DNA of 64,000 bases from a virus (Duplodnaviria > Caudoviricetes): positions 32,001 through 96,000 of the IMG/VR virus record IMGVR_UViG_3300028601_000021. The stretch is one strand, 5' to 3'. Of this stretch, positions 59,550 to 64,000 are shown piece by piece (the first letter of the stretch is position 1; each line of letters starts with the position of its first letter). The position numbers and the translations under genes were made by a program. Under the pieces are notes generated by a model. The model was not told the origin of the DNA, did no database searches, and saw only the letters and a list, made by a program, of their open reading frames with translations.

Positions 59550-59567
59550 TCAATATAGTAATATATA
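59550..59567 (-). promoter_or_regulatory. early promoter motif
   Basis: TCAA-tata-GTAATATATA. Confidence 0.6.
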
Positions 59568-59633
59568 CTTGAAGGAATAATGAATAAGGAGATATAGCTA
59601 CAGTACCTATGATAGGTACTGTAGCTATATGTA

Positions 59634-61127
59634 TTAAAAGAATCTACTCAATTGAGCAGCAGAAGCACTATTGATACCCATGGATCTATTTGCTATAGAT
59701 CTAGCATGTGTATCCATTTGCATCTTAGTAATAGGTTCTGTTACTATTTCATCTTTATCCAGCATCCTACGCAAATCATTTAACTTACGTAAATAACTAT
59801 GACGGATAAGTTCACTAGGAGGACAATTATCTAGTAAGTCTTCTAGCTTCTTTATCTGAGCATTTATTTCTGTGTAGAAGGATTTAAGATTAGGATCGAT
59901 ATCTTTACCAGTAGAAGAGATACTACTTAAGATGTGATCTTTACTTAATCCATACATATGTAGATTCTTACCAAAGAAGAGTAGATAGCTAGCTAATAAG
60001 TAAGCTATGACTAAGTCATCATGTCTACCATTACCATGGTCTATCCTACCATTCTTGATACAAAGAGCACAGAATTCTTTGATCAGAGTTTCGTCTCTTA
60101 CTCGGCTGTGATTGAGATTTAAGGACTTCAGTAGAGTACCCTTGTATAGCTGATTTCTACTGTTTGGACCATCTCCACCACTAGTCACAAAGCCAAATAA
60201 TTTACGATTTAATCCATCTGCAGGTTCTGTGTAGATATTGAAATCTTTGAATTGATTCTCATCTCTACACTGCACTGCTCTATTATAAATCCTAGTCCAA
60301 GGATTAATACCTCTATTGACTAAGTCATCGATGATGTAATCTAAGATAGCTCTACCAGTAGACTTAGCTTCAGGTATATAAACCATATTTGGATAAGTGA
60401 CCATGAGATCAGCAGCACGTCTAGCTAATCGTATGATATTACTATCGTTACATCTCAGAGTACCGACTACGCCCATATCAGCAGGGTCCATAATAACAAA
60501 GCTAGTATAGTCATTACCGATCTGCTCTCCACTATCCATGCTGAGGATAAGACTTTTATTTTTAAAATCAGCAGTATCCAATACCTCTTTATGAACATAC
60601 CACCTAGTCATGTAGTTATCTTCCATATCTATGTGTTTAGGTTCCTTCATAGATTGATGGATGAGCTTTAATAAGTTTGGTGGGATAGGACCGAATTCCT
60701 GACCTGCTTTCCATAAGTTTAAATAGTCACGATCCACATCTTCCTGTGAACTAGCAGAAGTACGTAACACTACTTCTCGTAACCAGGCATCAGTCTTACC
60801 TAACTGTCTATGACTAAAGACAGCATAGACCATAGTCTTACCTTTAGCACTATTCTTCTTAACTAGATCTATTAAGTCTGGCTTATCTTTACAGTCGTAC
60901 ATACGTTCAGTAAATGCAGCAGCTTCGTTGAATAAGTTAAAAGCAAATCTACCAGTTTCAGTATCTGGTCTACCAGCAGTAGTCGTATAGATGTTACCAT
61001 GTCTCTTACCGGCTTTAGCGGCATCTTCACCTGCACGGATAGTAGCAGCGATAAGAGTAGGGAAGGTAATCCATATATAGTTAAAGTAAGCTATTTCGTC
61101 TATGTGCGCTGTAGGAACTGTCGCTCC
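59634..61127 (-). CDS. terL: terminase large subunit, exon 2 (Walker B, coupling motif, nuclease)
   Basis: TAHIDE Walker B, YTTTAG, SMDSGE.IG.D, IPEAKS.G and RIDH....HDD motifs. Confidence 0.88.
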   Translation of the reverse strand, partial: GATVPTAHIDEIAYFNYIWITFPTLIAATIRAGEDAAKAGKRHGNIYTTTAGRPDTETGRFAFNLFNEAAAFTERMYDCKDKPDLIDLVKKNSAKGKTMVYAVFSHRQLGKTDAWLREVVLRTSASSQEDVDRDYLNLWKAGQEFGPIPPNLLKLIHQSMKEPKHIDMEDNYMTRWYVHKEVLDTADFKNKSLILSMDSGEQIGNDYTSFVIMDPADMGVVGTLRCNDSNIIRLARRAADLMVTYPNMVYIPEAKSTGRAILDYIIDDLVNRGINPWTRIYNRAVQCRDENQFKDFNIYTEPADGLNRKLFGFVTSGGDGPNSRNQLYKGTLLKSLNLNHSRVRDETLIKEFCALCIKNGRIDHGNGRHDDLVIAYLLASYLLFFGKNLHMYGLSKDHILSSISSTGKDIDPNLKSFYTEINAQIKKLEDLLDNCPPSELIRHSYLRKLNDLRRMLDKDEIVTEPITKMQMDTHARSIANRSMGINSASAAQLSRFF

Positions 61128-61433
61128 CATTTGGTGTTACGATAGAACCGATTCCGTTCCACCTCTGTACATTGGTTTGTACAGATCAGACTATATCACA
61201 ACCCATAGTTTTGGTTATGGGTCCCTACTATTTCGAGACCTCTTGGTCCCTACGCTACTCATTCCCAGCAGACTCCGTTTCGTCTACCTTGTTTTCGCTA
61301 GTCGTTAGGCTTATGCCTAGACGATGATGATCATCTAGGTTAGCACGGTAGGTTATCCCAATGATAGGACTTTCCCCGTTTAAGTAGGTTTTTTATACTA
61401 GATTACTCTAGTAGGCCGCAGAGTTGACAGTTT
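61128..61433 (-). mobile_element. group I intron, 306 nt, no ORF
   Basis: 5' exon GGCCGU pairs with GCGGCC (U-G at the splice site); P7 elements ACGACUAG and AUAUAGUCU; terminal G; P10 AACUGUC/GACAGUU. Splicing restores YKLGR-GATVPTAHIDE in frame. Confidence 0.9.
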
Positions 61434-62099
61434 ACGGCCCAATTTATAGGCATCACGTTCATTGTTAGAGTTTACATAGGTACGATACTGATTCTTAAGG
61501 GCAGTATAAGACAGACCTTCTTTAGCATCTTTATCTTTACTGAAAGCATCTTTCTGCAATAGATAGCTAGGTAAAGCATCCCTGATATCTTTTAGACGAG
61601 TGACGTTGTCCTGGAGTAGACTTTGGTCCTTAGTCATCATAGCGATATCGAATTTATAACCTTGGAAATACATCTGATGGGACATGATACCCTGAGTACC
61701 CATAGTCTTACCAGTCTGTCGAGGTTGCACTAATCCGATATCGATATCGTTGTAATACAACCAGATAAGAGCTAAGTTACCACGGTGGAATTCAAAAGGG
61801 ATAGCTTCACCACCAGTAGTAGGAATATGCACTACTTCTCTGAAATAATACCAATGGTTTCTTTGACATTCAAAAAATATACGACTAACTATTTCTGGTG
61901 TAAGGTTAGCTGGGTTATGTGGATCTATGTGCATGAGTAAAGGATCATGGATAGCCAACATAAACTGATTATTCTTCACACCCATGGTTTTTAATACACG
62001 AGATATATGAATAGCTGAGATATTCTTAGTGGTCTCGTGTATAGTAGCTGGGTATTTATACCAGTCTTCTTGAAATTGTATAGTGGGTAATAGCTTCAT
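61434..62099 (-). CDS. terL: terminase large subunit, exon 1 (Walker A)
   Basis: EC..N.WY.FREV, RGNLA and QPRQTGKT motifs; spliced product is 222+497=719 aa. Confidence 0.88.
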
Positions 62100-62207
62100 G
62101 TGAGCCCATCCTATGTATGGTTCTGACCATATTTTACAAAGAGATACTTATAAGGCTATAAAGATAGTCTTTAAAATTTAGCCGATATGATTAAGAGGTA
62201 GGTGTAT

Positions 62208-64000
62208 ATGGCTTCACCTTATTTATTGAAAGGTTTCTATAAGAAAGGTCCGGGTGGTAACAGTCAGTTAGTAAGGTTTGGGTCTGATGCTATTGTGTTG
62301 GAAAGTGGAGCTACTCTTACTAGCCACATAAATGACATGTCGGCCCATTTACCTTTCTCCGATATAGAAAATGCTATTATCCAAAGGATACATGCTGCTA
62401 TCGGTAGAGTACTAGATGGTGGTGACGGTAGTAGTTTATTGAATAAACATGCTACTATGCGTTTATTATCCGAAGATATCTCATTGGTATCTAATAAAGT
62501 AAATGGTTTTTTGACAGATTTAGCCGATGGTGGGGTGATAGATAAGTTATCCGAATTGGTTTCTAAATTAGATCTACATGATACTGGTATATCGAATATA
62601 CAAACATCTATTTCAGTATTACCTAGTTTAGTATCTCAACTGAATACAGCCATAGTAGATATATCTAACACCAACAACAATCTCAATGCTCTATCTGATA
62701 CTGTCGATACATTAATACCTCTATTGGATCAATACACGACAGTAGTGAATACGCTTACTACTATTCAGGCAGCTATAACCAGTATCAATGGATCTATTGC
62801 GGTGATACCGTCTTTAAGCGATACTACCGCTGCTCATACTGCAGCTATATCGACTATTAACGACACACTAACCACCGCAGTAACTAATATAGATACTCTA
62901 TTGCCACTGATAGCTAATTACAATACATTATTAGCTACCGTTACCTCTCAAGGTATGGGAATAGATAGTCTACAGACTGCAATGGCCGGTATCGGTACCA
63001 ATGTCACTTCTCTGAATAGTGAAGTAACTGCGTTGTCGGATGATCTAAATGACACTAAAGTAGTAGTCACGTCTCAAGGTACTAAGCTAGCTACTTTAGA
63101 AAGTGATTTAGCTACGACGGTATTATCTGTTTCGAACAATGCCACAGATATAGACACCATAGAGTCTACTTTAGTTAGTCATACTAGTTCTATTGCTGAT
63201 TTAGAAAATGAGTTATCTACAGTAACAAATACAGTAAATACTCATACTCTAGAATTGACAGATATCAATGCGGATATCACTAATCTACAAACAACTACGG
63301 ATACATTAAACTCTAGCTTGGTCATAACTAATCAACATATATCTGCATTAGAAACCTCACAAGCTACACAAGATTTAATCTTATCTAATATAAACGATGC
63401 ATTGGTCACTGTTGGGTCAGAGATAGATACTCTGGAAGATATATCCAATAGCAATGCGACTACTATTGTGGGATTGACATCTGCACTTCAGGCTACTCAA
63501 ACAGTAGTGGCTACTCAAGGTAGTGATATAGTGGCATTGAACACGGAAGTGGATTCTATATCGAATACAGTAGAGGAGCTAGTTTCTAACATCTCACCTA
63601 GAGTAATAGGTGTTTGTCATTATGCAGGAGCCAATGCTCTTAATAATTTTAGACATATAAATCAAGAAGGTAATTTCCTTTCTGGATTTAAATATTACAC
63701 TAGTGCCATCTACACAGATAAGATGCGGGATGTGGTTATTGGTGGCGATCATATGAAAGAGATAGATACTCTTTATATAAAGACATCCATATCCGGTCCC
63801 GTAGGTACCGATAGTGAAGGAAAGAAATGTTGGTGGATATCACCAGATCCACTACCTGGATTTAGACCTATGCTGGCCTTTAAAAGAGATGGCGTAATTA
63901 AGCCACACGTGTATATTGGTAAATACATGGGCTATTACAGTACTCCAGAGACACAGCCGACTACAGGGTATAGTAGATCTACTTATGAAAATAATTTAGC
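62208..64000 (+). CDS. long coiled-coil fibre protein with globular C-terminal domain (runs off the window; not in ORF track)
   Basis: GAGGT RBS, start MASPYLLKGF; ~350 aa of heptads, then W.ISP.PLPGFRP..AF...G......YIGKY. Confidence 0.7.
   Translation, partial: MASPYLLKGFYKKGPGGNSQLVRFGSDAIVLESGATLTSHINDMSAHLPFSDIENAIIQRIHAAIGRVLDGGDGSSLLNKHATMRLLSEDISLVSNKVNGFLTDLADGGVIDKLSELVSKLDLHDTGISNIQTSISVLPSLVSQLNTAIVDISNTNNNLNALSDTVDTLIPLLDQYTTVVNTLTTIQAAITSINGSIAVIPSLSDTTAAHTAAISTINDTLTTAVTNIDTLLPLIANYNTLLATVTSQGMGIDSLQTAMAGIGTNVTSLNSEVTALSDDLNDTKVVVTSQGTKLATLESDLATTVLSVSNNATDIDTIESTLVSHTSSIADLENELSTVTNTVNTHTLELTDINADITNLQTTTDTLNSSLVITNQHISALETSQATQDLILSNINDALVTVGSEIDTLEDISNSNATTIVGLTSALQATQTVVATQGSDIVALNTEVDSISNTVEELVSNISPRVIGVCHYAGANALNNFRHINQEGNFLSGFKYYTSAIYTDKMRDVVIGGDHMKEIDTLYIKTSISGPVGTDSEGKKCWWISPDPLPGFRPMLAFKRDGVIKPHVYIGKYMGYYSTPETQPTTGYSRSTYENNL

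Noticed and set aside
59634-62099. Two separate terminase genes or a frameshift
   Set aside because: A group I intron that restores a 719-aa frame explains it better.
1-64000. tRNA/rRNA genes, CRISPR arrays, reverse transcriptase, alternative genetic code
   Set aside because: None were seen by eye. Core genes are full length in the standard code and all three stop codons are used. tRNAscan was not run.

Overview
This window is an AT-rich segment of a phiKZ-like jumbo phage genome. Hallmark genes are a UvsX/RecA tail, the DnaB-like helicase / gp119-like / major capsid cluster, one subunit of a split family-B DNA polymerase, RuvC, SbcC, large terminase and fibre/virion proteins. Chimallin, PhuZ and RNAP subunits are not visible here. 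Parasitic elements are a 306-nt ORF-less group I intron splitting the terminase (61128-61433, P1/P7/P10 visible) and a 170-aa mini-intein in an NrdD-like gene. Most intergenic gaps carry long inverted repeats, and minus-strand accessory blocks start at a shared TATATATTAC-N4-GTGA early-promoter-like motif. The least explained features are: (i) a tandemly duplicated cassette of a covarying structured RNA leader plus a 55-60 aa peptide (19451-20290); (ii) a ~280-nt riboswitch-like leader ahead of a radical SAM-GNAT-HTH-variant ThyX operon; (iii) an early operon of three paralogous Pol-beta-type nucleotidyltransferases with a MYG1 nuclease and a GNAT; (iv) a winged-helix repeat gene with an RBS+ATG at every repeat boundary; (v) a G-quadruplex/AT-rich origin-like 1.3 kb; (vi) apparently crippled NrdJ, NrdD and LigA derivatives. 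All family calls come from motif recognition by eye; no searches or folding programs were run.
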